From NCBI RefSeq assembly GCF_006345805.1, contig NC_043013.1, forward strand, positions 26,164,001 to 26,228,000: a stretch of DNA of 64,000 nt, given 5' to 3'. Under the pieces are notes generated by a model. That model was not told the DNA's origin and did no database searches. It saw nothing but the letters and a program-made list of their open reading frames with translations. Below are positions 50,405-62,364 of the stretch, one piece after another (position 1 is the first letter of the stretch; each line of letters begins with the position of its first letter). The position numbers and the translations under genes are program-made. This DNA comes from Octopus sinensis. Lineage: Eukaryota.

Positions 50405-51778
50405 AGAATCATTACCGGAACTAGAAAAGAAATTTCGGGTGTGGAAGCTAGGTTTAGAATCAAAAGGCCTGAGAGTCAACGTAGCAAAGACCAAAGTTCT
50501 TGTAAGTAGGAAGGCAAACACACCACACACCCCTTCAGGTAGGTGGCCCTGCTAAACCTGTAGAAAAGGTGTAGGTAGAAACTCTATAAGATGTACCCAG
50601 TGAAAGCTATGGACACATAAGAAGTGCAGCAACATCAAAGAAAAATTAACTGAGAAGATAGCTTGATACTCAGAAAACAGATTCCATTACACTACTGGGG
50701 GAGAAACTAGAAGTAGTTGATAGTTTCCGCTACCTAGGTAAGCAAGTTAGTAGTGGGGGGGGAGGGTGTGTGCTCAGAGAGTGTTACCACTAGAATAAGA
50801 ATAGCCTGGGCAAAGTTTAGAAAGCTCCTACCCCTACTGGTGACAAAAGGTCTCTCGCCCAGAGTGAAAGGTAGATTGTACGACGCATGTGTGTGAACGG
50901 TAGTGAAACATGGGCTATGACTGCAGAGGACATGCATAGGCTTGAAAGAAATGAAGCTAGCATGATTCGCTGGATGTATAATGTCAGTGTGCACACTCAA
51001 CAGAGTGTAAGTGCCCTGAGAGAAATGCTGGACATAAAAAGCATTGGATGTGGCATGCAAGAAAGACGTCTGCACTGGTATGGTCATGTACTACGGATGG
51101 ATGAGGAGAGATGTGTGAAGAAGTGCCACTCCCAAACAGTTGAAGGAATCCTGGGAAGAGAATCCTGGGAAGATAATCCTGGGAAGGAATCCAGGAAGAC
51201 ATGGGATGAGGTGGTCAAGCATGACCTTTGAACGTTGGGCCTCACAGAGGCAATGACGAAAGACCAAGATCTCTGGAGATATGCTGTGACTGCGAAGACC
51301 CAACAAATAACTTGAGTTCATGGCTGTTTCCTGCACTTGGATCGCAGGATGGCCTGCTGTGCTTACCTTGGATCATAGGGTGACCTGCAGTGCTTAAGGA
51401 GACCTATTGAGTCAAGTACATCAACATCAAAAAATCAAATGGAAATTGTAGTTGTGATACCTGTGCCGGTGGCACATAAAAAGCACCATCTGAATGTGGT
51501 TGATGCCAGCGCCGCCTTAACTGGCTTTGGTGCTGGTGGCACGTAAAAAGTATCAACCGATTATGGCCAGCCTCCCCTGGCACCTGTGCCAGTGGCACGT
51601 AAAAAGCACCCACTACACTCACGGAGTGGTTGGCGTTAGGAAGGGCATCCAGCTGTAGAAACACTGCCAGATCAGACTGGAGCCTGGTGCAGCCTCCTGG
51701 CTTCCCAGATTCCGGTCGAACTGTCCAACCCATGCTAGCATGGAAGACAGACGTTAAATGATGATGATCATCATCATC
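50405..51778 (+). mobile_element. 5'-truncated, degenerate RTE with tail
   Basis: ELEKKFRVWK..GSETWAMTAEDMHRLERNEASM..RRLHWYGHV; (GAT)n. Confidence 0.9.
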
Positions 51779-52034
51779 ACATCAGAACTTTGGAAATTAA
51801 GGATATGACCTTGGTATGATAAACCACTTCAGAAATTTCATACATCCAAAAAACTGGAATATGCACAAATTGGGTGGAAGGCATATGAACCAATACAAAA
51901 GGTAACCTGAAGACGATACATGGCACATGGGGCCATATGAAAGAATTACCACGCAGAATTTATATGGACTCAAATCTTTGATTAAAAATCATTTTCAATT
52001 TCTAGATCTTAGTTACAACAAATATTTATCCTAT

Positions 52035-54062
52035 CATCATCATTATCATCATCGTTTAGCATCCGCTTTCCATGCTAGCATGGATTGGACGGTTCAACTG
52101 GGGTCTGGGAAGCCAGAAGGCTGCACCAGTCCCAGTCTGATCAGGCAATGTTTCTACGGCTGGATGCCCTTCCTAACGCCAACCACTCCATGAGTGTAAT
52201 GGGTGCTTTTTACGTGCCACCAGCACAGGTGCCAGACGAGTCTGGCAAACAGCCACGATCGGATGGTACTTTTTACGTGCCACCAGCACGGGGGCCAGGC
52301 GAGGCTGGCAATGGCCACGAACGGATGGGGCTTTTTACGTGCCACCAGCACGGGGGCCAGGCGAGGCTGGCAATGGCCACGAACGGATGGGGCTTTTTAC
52401 GTGCCACCAGCACAAGGCCAGTTGGGGTGGCGATGGCAACGGCCATGTTCAGGTGGTTCTCTTACGTGCCACCGGCACTAGTATCACAGCTGCAATTTCC
52501 ATTGATGTTGATCGATTTCAATTCTCACTTGCCTCAACAGGTCTTCACAAGTAGAGTTTTGTGTCCCAAGAAGGAAAGGTATGTATAAGTGGACTGGCTA
52601 CATCCCGTGTAGAGGTCACGGGTTATGGTCTCACTTGTCCTGCTGGGTCTTCTCATGCACAGCATATTTCCAAAGGTCTCAGTCACTAGTCATTGCCTCG
52701 ATGAGGCCTAATGTTTGAAGGTCGTGCTTCACCACCTCATCCCAGTTTTCCTGGGTCTACCCCTTCCACAGGTTCCCTCAACCGCTAGGGTGTGGCACTT
52801 TTTCGCACAACTATCTTCATCCATTCTCGCCACATGACCATACCAGTGCAAACGTCTCTCTTGCACACCACAACTGATGCTTCTTAGGTCCAGCTTTTCT
52901 CTCAAGGTACTTACACTCTGTCGAGTATGAACACTGACATTGCACATCCAGCGGAGCATACTGGCTTCATTTCTTGCGAGCTTACACATATCCTCAGAAG
53001 TCACGGCCCATGTTTCACTGCCATGTAGCATGGCTGTTCATACACACACGTCATACAGTCTGCCTTTTACTCTGAGCGAGAGGCCTTTTGTCACCAGCAG
53101 GGGTAAGAGCTCTCTGAACTTTGCCCAAGCTATTCTTACTCTAGCAGTTACACTTTCAGCACACCCGCCCCCGCTACTGACTTGGTCACCTAGGTAATGG
53201 AAGCTATCAACTATTTCTAGTTTTTCTCCCTGGAATGTGGCAGAAGTTGGCATTTTCAGTGTTTATTGCTCCTGAGCATCTGCCACATACGAAAACTATC
53301 TTCCTAGTTAGCCTTCCTTTGACATTGCTGCACCTCTTATGTGTCCATAGCTTACACTTGGTGCATCTTATAGAGTTTCTACCTACACCTTTTCTACAGA
53401 TCGAGCAGGGCCATCTACCTGAAGGCGTTTGTGATTTGTCTACCTTCCTACTTATTAGGACTTTGGTTTTAGCTAGATTGACTCTAAGGCACTTCGATTC
53501 TAATCCTTGCTTCCACACCTGAAACTTCTCCTCCATTGAATTCCTCAATTATTGCCTGGAGGACTATAATAAATAGGAGGGGGCTGAGGACTGAGCCTTG
53601 GTGGACCCCTACCTCTACCCGGAATTCTTCACTGTACTCGTTGCCAACCCTCACCTTACTAGCAGCGTCCCTGTACATGGCTCGCACAGCTCTCACTAAC
53701 CATTTATCTATCCCTAGTTTCCTCATTGACCACCAGATAAGGGATCAGAGGATCCTGTCGAAGGCTTTCTCCATGTCAACGAAAGCCAGGTACAGGGGCT
53801 TATCTTTGGCTAGGTATTTCTCCTGCAGCTGCCTTACCAGGAATATAGCATCAGTGGTACTTTTCCCTGGCACGAACCCAAACTGCATCTCATCTAAACT
53901 AACTCTCTCTAATTAGTTGGGCTATGACCCTCTCCATAACCTTCATTACCTGATCCAACAGCTTGATACCTCTGTAATTATTTGTATCAAGGGCGTCACC
54001 TTTACCTTTGTAGCAGTTGACTATTATGCTGCTACACCAGTCATTGGGTACGACTCCTTCGT
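52035..54062 (-). mobile_element. 5'-truncated RTE (RT, PHD finger, C-terminus, 62-bp repeats), with internal deletions
   Basis: ORF-track pieces 53484-53726, 53207-53548, 53038-53253, 52729-53031. Confidence 0.93.
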
Positions 54063-55514
54063 GTATACATATTACAATTAGTCATAGATGCTCTCTGAAA
54101 TTTGGCAGTATCAAATTGTCTAAAATTCAACATCATTAAATTGTTTTACTTCTTGGATATTTTACAATCAGTCATGGACACTGAGACTCTCCAGTTGAAA
54201 AGATTTGGATAAATTGTTTAAAATTTTGCTTAAAGTTGCCCAAATCTTTCTGCTTTGCCACATTAGGTTTTATTAAAATTAATTCTTTGAAATATCTTTT
54301 TTAAAAAAATCATTTTAAAAGATGTGGTAGATTTTTTCAAACATAATACGATTGCTTGAAATATGAATAAAAGATGGAATGGTCATGGGTGGAATGCTTT
54401 TGATTTTAAATCTGATAGGTCACAGTTGTCCTGCATTAAACAATAAAGGCTAGTAAGAGCCAGACTGAGTTAATAAGGAATATTCTACATAGCCACTTGA
54501 TCTACCAGAAAGAGAAACTATAGTCAATTGTTGGTTAGTCTCTGATCAGACTTGACCCAAGCCAACTTCTATAGTCAAAGGTATTTTAGTAATGATTTGG
54601 TTGCTATGTCTAGCAGATTGAATAACAGCATAGAAGATTATTTGCTAGTTGAGAGGATCTATTACAAGTTGTTACTGTTGTTTGACTCTGATTCAGTAGA
54701 CCTATGATTGAAGGTGTTCCACATATGACAATCCCATCTTTTATTTTATAGGCAGTGTACTTAGCACTCCAATCCTCAATATGTTCTTAAAAACAAAAAG
54801 AAAAAAGGGAGATAGGTTGCTACATAAGTGACATTTGACAGGATGGTCACGGATGGAAGTTCTTAAAAAGAAAAGAACATTTAAAACCACGTGATGATCA
54901 CGGTTGGAATGCTTTTAAAGAATGATGGCCATTTGGAAATACACATGTTAATTAATCGAACTTTTTTTTCCCACTCTAGCTGTCATCTAACATGCTTGAG
55001 ACAGCAGCTAAACACCATCGTCATCACTCTTCAACATCCTGTGTACGTCTGCTGAACTTTCCGTGAATTATGGCGAGAAAGTTTGTTGAACAATCTGAAA
55101 CTAGACGAGAATGCGATCCTGTATCATCGCCAACAAAAAAAAAATTAATCATTATCCGACGTATTCCCATTCCGACTATACGGGGATTCCACACATTTGC
55201 AACTAACGCGCTTCGGTGCCCCGTAAAGGCATCCTGTAGAACAGAGTCGAAAATTATCTAATGCTCCAAACATTTTAATTTTTTCGTTGGTTTGTATTTT
55301 AAGCTAATTACGATTCAACAAAAAGGAAAAGTTTCTGTTGTGTGCGAGTGTGTATGGGGCGGGGGTCTTCCCTACTCCTCTCATTTCCTCGAAATTTTCC
55401 ACTTTTGACTTTTGGGAAGTTTGCTCTTTGTTTTTATCAGTTTTATCTTGCTCGCGCATATTTTTACAGAATCATTTATATCGGATTTATGAAACATATG
55501 TGTGTGTGTGTGTG

Positions 55515-55567
<53 letters not shown>

Positions 55568-57496
55568 GTGTGTGTGTATGTGTGTGTGTGTGTGTGTCAA
55601 ATCTCAAAAATTACAAAATGATGCGGAGGAGATCAAGAAGTTCCACACCACTAATTTTTATTTTTCCTCCCTACTTTATTTTAAATACACACAGCTGAAA
55701 AAATACAGTTTTGAGCGGACTAAATAATTTCCGACTCTATTGTATAGGAATGCCAAATGCAAACCGGGCGCAGAAAACTCTAGAAATGAATAGGGGTGGG
55801 GAAATTACAGTATAGGCACTATACTGAGGTGGACAAACAAAAAAATACAGGAAGAGGGACGCCAACAAAATATCACAATTAATGTTATAGTATCGAAGTG
55901 GTTAGTGATAGATAGTAAAACTGTGTTGTTTGGTTATGTATTAGTTAACATATTAAACCAAGAAACTGGCTCATCTTTACGTGATCTGACTTAACGTAAC
56001 AAGTTTTGGGATTGATGGAATTCTCATAACTTTAGCATTGTCAGGAAATTTTTGTAAATTTGTGTTCCACACAAAGGAATTCATATGACAGTGTAAAAAA
56101 TTCCCTTTTATGTGAGTGTGATTTAAGAGTTATTTAACTGTTGTTTTTAGCGCATCTTTCAACCACCTGATACCGTTCTCATTGCTTTGCCACTCTGACA
56201 CATATCTATGTTTTTCAATATTTTTCTCCTCATGCACCCAAGGGTAGTCTACTGCTGGGATTTAAACAAAAAATTCGAACTCTCCGTATTTTAAAACTCT
56301 GATTTAAAAAAAAAAAGATTCGAAAAAGAGTTGAACTTTTGGGATTTATGGGGGAAGAGTTTTAAAATATTAAAACGAACTTTTATTTTTCTTTCATAAT
56401 TGTATGATTCCTTGTGAGTAAAACACAAATTCGCAAAAATTTTCTGAAAATTTTTTAAAATAAAAAAGTTATGAGGCGTTAGATTTTCTCTTTAAATAAA
56501 TTATTTGATTTTCATGAAATAAAGGGGTAGGGGTTACTAGTATTGAAATTTGTTTAGGCCTTAAGCTTTGATTACTGTCTTAAAAAGAGCACACTGAGGC
56601 GGAGAAAGTCCAACTACATCGGATAATATAGTCAAAGAGACAAAAAGCCGGGTGGTCATAGCTCGAATATTTTTGTTATTGGAATACTCGAATAACGCCG
56701 GTTTAGGGCTAACAATAACAACAGGAATATAATCAACTTATACATACCGCCACCAATTTCATGAGGTATCTCACCAGACTACACACGCCAGATACAACAT
56801 ACAGAAACATTCACAAACCGATTTTTTCCCCTACACATGTGACCTGATAAGAAATGACGACTAAATTTTAAGTAGTCCAAACAAACACGCCCACTTTCCT
56901 TATTTAGGAAACTATCCAGAAGCTCCTTTCTCGAAAACAATCTGGTCAAAATATTTTTACATATTCTCACATTATGATAAGGCTTTTGGTATTTATTTGT
57001 TTTATCCATGTTTACTGCTCCAAAAAGAAAAAGAAAAGTGGGGAGGATATTGCAGGCGTGCGCGAAAGTAGTGCAGGGACCACTTTGACGCTGTTAATGA
57101 AAAGTAAACAATGCACAATTTTGGTTTCTGAGAATAAATTATTAAGAGTTGGAAACGACCAGATTATAACACAATACAAAATGATATAAAACGAAAAATA
57201 CCTCGTTTCAATCAATGAACCTAGAAATTTTCAACGATTTTTTTTATATACAACTTTAAAACGTCTACCAAGTACCACATCACGACAAAACAAGTAATGC
57301 GGATGTGTCGTGCAAAGAACGAAAACAAAACAAAATTTCCAACAGGAAAGAGGGATAAGTGCCTATTTTTCGATCCTACAAAAGCAATCTTCATATTTCC
57401 GATGAATTTACCATCCCATGGAGAATGTGCATGACATGTCCAAAATATAAAGCCGCGTGGTCATAGAACACAATACACACACACACACACACACAA

Positions 57497-57534
<38 letters not shown>

Positions 57535-57704
57535 AGCGTGCGGATATGTATAGATATGTAAATATGCATAATACATATGTATATAATACATATGTTTATG
57601 TGTGTGTGTATACATATATACACACGTATATAGAAACTAATACATCTGTTGTTTACACACCCATATTCGTCTTTTGTTTTGTTTTGTTTGTTTTTGTAAG
57701 TTCC

Positions 57705-57782
<78 letters not shown>

Positions 57783-57859
57783 TATATAAGTACCCCCCTC
57801 CATTTCTCCCAAATTTGTTTATTTATTTATTTATTGCCAAAAAAACCCGTTTTTTAGAT

Positions 57860-58420
57860 ACAGAGGTTCCGGAAAATTGTCAAAAATCGGCAGTGTTAAA
57901 TTTTCCCCCTTCCTCCTCCCTCTCCCCCGCTCCACAAATTCTTCAATTTTGACTTTTTTCCCCAACACTAACCCTAACCCTAAAACCCTAACCCCCTAAC
58001 CTTAACCCTAACCCTAACCCTAAAACCCGTAACTACAGAAATGTTTTGAAATTTTTGTCCGAATCATAATGTGCATATTTTTCCGCATATTTAGGGGGGG
58101 AAAATTCTTTAAAAAAAAATTTACAAAAGTTTTTGGAAATTTTTTTCAAAATCATAATCTCCGTATTTTTCCGTATATTTCGAAAAAGAAATTTTCTGGG
58201 AAAAGGAGAAAAATGAAGGAAATGGGGGTGGGGCGGTAATTTAAAAATACCGATTTATGCCAATTTTTTTTTCTTGTAGATTCGTATTCCTCGTAGCCGA
58301 AAAGTGGAGTTTGTTCGAAAAAAGACTTTTTTTTTAAAGGGTGGTTTGGTGGGGGACGGGCGGAAGTCTCGCCCAAATGGAAAGGCGTTTTCCATCTCTT
58401 ATCTTTTACCATTAACTTAT
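57860..58420. mobile_element. Non-autonomous element with internal (CCCTAA)n-like repeats (57969-58025) and terminal hairpins, possibly Helentron/DINE-like
   Basis: ctaaccctaaccctaa tract; hairpins GGGCG-gaagtct-CGCCC and GGAAA-ggcgt-TTTCC; the class assignment is inference. Confidence 0.4.
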
Positions 58421-58765
58421 TTCAGTCATTTGACTGCAGCCATGCTGGGGCCTTTATTTTTATATTTTTCCGTATATTTCGAAAAAGAAATTTTCTGGGA
58501 AAAGGAGAAAAATGAAGGAAATGGGGGTGGGGCGGTAATTTAAAAATACCGATTTATGCCAATTTTTTTTTCTTGTAGATTCGTATTCCTCGTAGCCGAA
58601 AAGTGGGGTTTGTTCGAAAAAAGACTTTTTTTTTAAAGGGTGGTTTGGTGGGGGACGGGCGGAAGTCTCGCCCAAATGGAAAGGCGTTTTCCATCTCTTA
58701 TCTTTTACCATTAACTTATTTCAGTCATTTGACTGCAGCCATGCTGGGGCCTTTATTTTTATATT
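58166..58765 (+). repeat. 299-bp near-perfect tandem duplication
   Basis: ccgtatattt at 58171 and 58470; duplicated ORF-track entries at 58152 and 58460. Confidence 0.92.
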
Positions 58766-59279
58766 TTTAATTGTTATATGTCCCCACATGTGTTGTAGTG
58801 TCCCCCTCTGTGTAATGCCTTTATGGCAATTTAAAAGAAATAAAGAAACTTGCTTCCCAACAACATGGTTCCGGGTTCAGCCTTTATAGTATAGCCTCGG
58901 ACCAACCAAAGCCTTGGTAGACGGAAACTGAAAGAAATCCAGGTATGTGTGTGTGTGTGTGACTGCGGCCATGCTGGGGCCTTGAACGATTTTCATTTTT
59001 AGTCGAACAAATCGACCACAAAACATTTATTTTAAACCTAGTATTTATTCTATCGGTCTGTTTTGCCGAACTACTAAGATGCGAGGACGTAAACACACCA
59101 ACACCGCTTGTCAAGCGGTAATGGGGAACACACAAACACAGGCACAAAGTTACACACACACACACACACACACACATGGATTTCTTTCAGTTTCCGTCTA
59201 TCAAGGCTTTGGTTGGTCCGAGGCTATAGTAGAAAGGCTGAACCCGGAACCATGTTGTTGGGAAGCAAGTGTCTCTATT

Positions 59280-61230
59280 TCTTTTAAATTGCCTTGAGGG
59301 CATTACACAGAGGGGGACACTACAACACATGTGGGGACATATAACAATTAAAAATATAAAAAATAAAGTATGATATAATGAATGACACATGAAAATGAGA
59401 TGAAAAACAAATTAAAATATAACATGAATGATATCTAAAAATGATATTATGAGGAATGTGCTACTCACCCCACACTGAGTAACACCACTCGCCGCCTCTG
59501 GGTCCTAAGTCCTTTTTTGTCCTTCAGTCAAATCCTTTTCCCCCTTTCTCCATCACATAAGGACATCATTCTCTCCGCCATACATTCGTAACCTTTTTCT
59601 CTAGATGCGGGATCGTCTAAATTTTGTGGTGTCTGTTCTTTCTTTTTTTCTTTTTTTTTCTTGTGCGGAAATGGGTAGGGTGAATTTGGTGTCTGTATGG
59701 GGAGGGTGGATCTGAGTGGTCTTGGGTGGGATGGAGTTGGACTGGGGTACCACATCATACTCAGAGTTTTTTTCTTTTTTTCTCTTTCTACTGCTCTCTG
59801 AAACTTTCCATTCTTCCTCCATTTCCTCCTTTCCTCTGTCTGTCTTTTCTTCCTCTCTTTTCTCTTCTGTCTCAACAACTGTTTCCTCAGCTATAGTCCT
59901 TTGTAGAGGGCAGTATGCTCTAATGTGACCCTCTTGGCCACATTTAAAACAACGTGGTACTCTGCCCTCTACCCATACCTTCAGCACGATTTCCCTCAAT
60001 GTCACTGTCTCCGCCAAGTTCTCACAAAATTTTGTGGTCCTTTTTTTTTCTTTTTTTCTTGAGGGGAAATGGGGGGTGGGGGTTTGGTGTCTGTATGGGG
60101 AGAGTGGGTCTGAGTGGTCTTGGGTAGGATGGAGTTAAACTGGGGTACCACATCATACTCAGTGTTTTTTCTTTTATTCTCGTTCTCCTTCTTCTCTCAG
60201 AAATTTTCCATTCTTCGTCCTTTTCCTCCTTTCCTCCGTCTGTCTTTTCTTCCTCTCTTTTCTCTTCCGTCTCCACAACTGTTTCCTCAGCCATGGTCCT
60301 TTGTAGAGGTCAGTATGCTCTAATGTGGTCCTTTTGGCCACATTTAAAACAACGTGGTACCCTGCACACTACCAATACCCTCAGCACGACTTCCCCCAAT
60401 GTCACCGTCTCTGCCAAGTTATCCAGTTAACACTCCTCTGTCTGAATAATGAGTTCAAGTGTCCTTCCTTTCCACCCCCTTCTTCCGTTTTTGTGGCTTG
60501 GAGGACATGCACCTTCTCCTCGCCTCCAACAAGGACGGACAGCTGCCGCTACCCAAGCCACTTCTATATCCGGTGGATTTGCTTCTACCCTCACCTTGGA
60601 AGTCCTTCTTCCCAGGTATGTGGGCAGAAGCAATACTTCCTCTGTTTTCACCCCCACACTCGCCAGCCTCCAAGCCTCCTCTACCGTCCTCCATTGGACG
60701 ACCATTGTCCCATATCTTCTTCCTTTGGTTATATACGTTATCTCCTTTGTTCGTTCCCTCAGCATCTTTTCCACTTCTGCCTCCATCTGTTCTGCCTTTT
60801 TACCTTTCAACGAGTGCACCTTATAGGTGATTGTTTTCTTCACCATCCTCTCCATAATTCCAACTTCTACACGCGTCGTAACTGCTCTCCCTTTTTGTCA
60901 CCAACTTCATTCACACAAAACGAACTGCTATTGTGTACCTGTACGAACTGGTATTTATCTCCATCTTGTCTGAAATATCCTGAGAGACTCTTTTATATGC
61001 TCTGTATTTTGTCTAACACGCATACACCGTGTTTGTACTCATGTTAACTCTTGTAATATACACACAAACACACAGACACAAACACTTGTTGCACACAGTG
61101 TTGTTATACTTACAACGGACACACAGACACACATGTGCATGCACTCAGACACTACACTCTGCTAGCACCCATACTTTATCCTATTGTACACTTCTGTAAA
61201 TAAAATATATCTTTCTCTCAAGCAGTAGAA
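59280..61230 (-). mobile_element. L1/Tx1-like ORF1 (gag, CCHC knuckle) element lacking ORF2, with a 400-bp internal tandem duplication
   Basis: LLPTYLGRRTSKVRV..GRVPRCFKCGQEGHIRAYC; second knuckle copy ends in TGA; followed directly by a 3'-UTR-like end. Confidence 0.7.
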
Positions 61231-61239
61231 AGATTGTGT

Positions 61240-62124
61240 CGTCTTTCTTTATTCCTTTTGGCACTTATTCTTTTATTCCAAGTATTTGGCATCTTCTTTA
61301 ATGGGTCAACCGTGCGGCGTTTAAAAGGAGACATTTCTGTCACCAACTCCTTTACGTACGGTCGTTTGCTCCACAAAGTCGATTCGTGAAGATCCAAATA
61401 CTTTCAATGATATTTGGTTTCATAATGTGCTGCTGTGTTAACTTAAAGCATTGGGCAAATTATTTAAACCACAATATCCTTCTTTTACCCACACACCTTC
61501 ACTAGATATAGAAAATAGCAAACATGAGAAACAAGAGTCTTTTTGTTGTAGTACAGCCACACAACCACACTTTCTTGCTGCACCAGGCAGTTTCAAATGT
61601 TCTAATTATTTTTGTCCCTTTCTGTTGATTTTGATCCTTAAATTCTGGTATTGGCCTGCCATTTTTTATAATTTGTCTCTTTTCTTCATAAGCTAGTGAT
61701 GAAAATGTTTTAAGATAGCCACTTTCCATTGCTGGACAAAGTTAAAATGTAAATAAATAGAAATGAGCTAAATCTGAAAGTAAAGCACACAAAAATAAGC
61801 GAAACACAGGCGCGTGACTAGCGGGAGAAAGATTTACTTATGCCTTTATAGAATGTATAGAAAACGGTATTGTAGAAGTGTACATGGCACGTGTACTACA
61901 GCAGTACTATGCCTTGCTTAAATACTGAGATTGAAAGATAGGGGTGAATTATGCCTACCTAATCTACAAAAAAAAAATTTATATTTTATGCATAGTAATA
62001 AGAGTAACCTTCATAATTTTAGTGAATTAGGTGCATATTTGCCATAAAAGAAAAATGTTGCTATCGATCTATTTTATTCAAAGTAGGCACTGCCTACTTT
62101 GTCTACCTAGACTGCACGCCCCTG
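61240..62124 (-). mobile_element. hAT transposon 5' relic (TTF-type zinc-finger region)
   Basis: TIR start CAGGGGCGTGCAGTC at 62124, subterminal taggcagtgccta palindrome; FSSLAYEEKRQIIKNGRPIPE..RTFETAWCSKKVWLCG..LLF. Confidence 0.65.
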
Positions 62125-62170
<46 letters not shown>

Positions 62171-62364
62171 ATAATAGGCAATACACCTTGAAACGTAGGT
62201 CCGTGTGTGGTATCCGCTTCTTGGTGAGTGATCTCCCTTTGCAAGATAGAGGACGCCGTGATGGCGTCGGCCTATCTGGTGACGTTGATGTTCGCCTGGG
62301 GCTAAATGCAACAGTCACACCCCCACCACCCTGCCCTGTCCCTAGCCATATTCAGTTGGCTAAT

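Larger units (their letters stand above)
49500..52030 (+). mobile_element. Merlin (ISXO2/IS1595-like DDE) transposon relic split by two RTE insertions
   Basis: KIIVEIDE (about 50210-50235), KSAEVLIPIVLEWITPGSVISHS (50336-50404), then after the RTE GY..INHFRNFIHPKTGICTNWVEGI (51800-51890). Confidence 0.72.

Noticed and set aside
56779-57009. 76-aa minus-strand ORF as a possible first TRPM coding exon
   Set aside because: No suitable donor or phase to join the 48147 or 47045 exons and no recognisable homology
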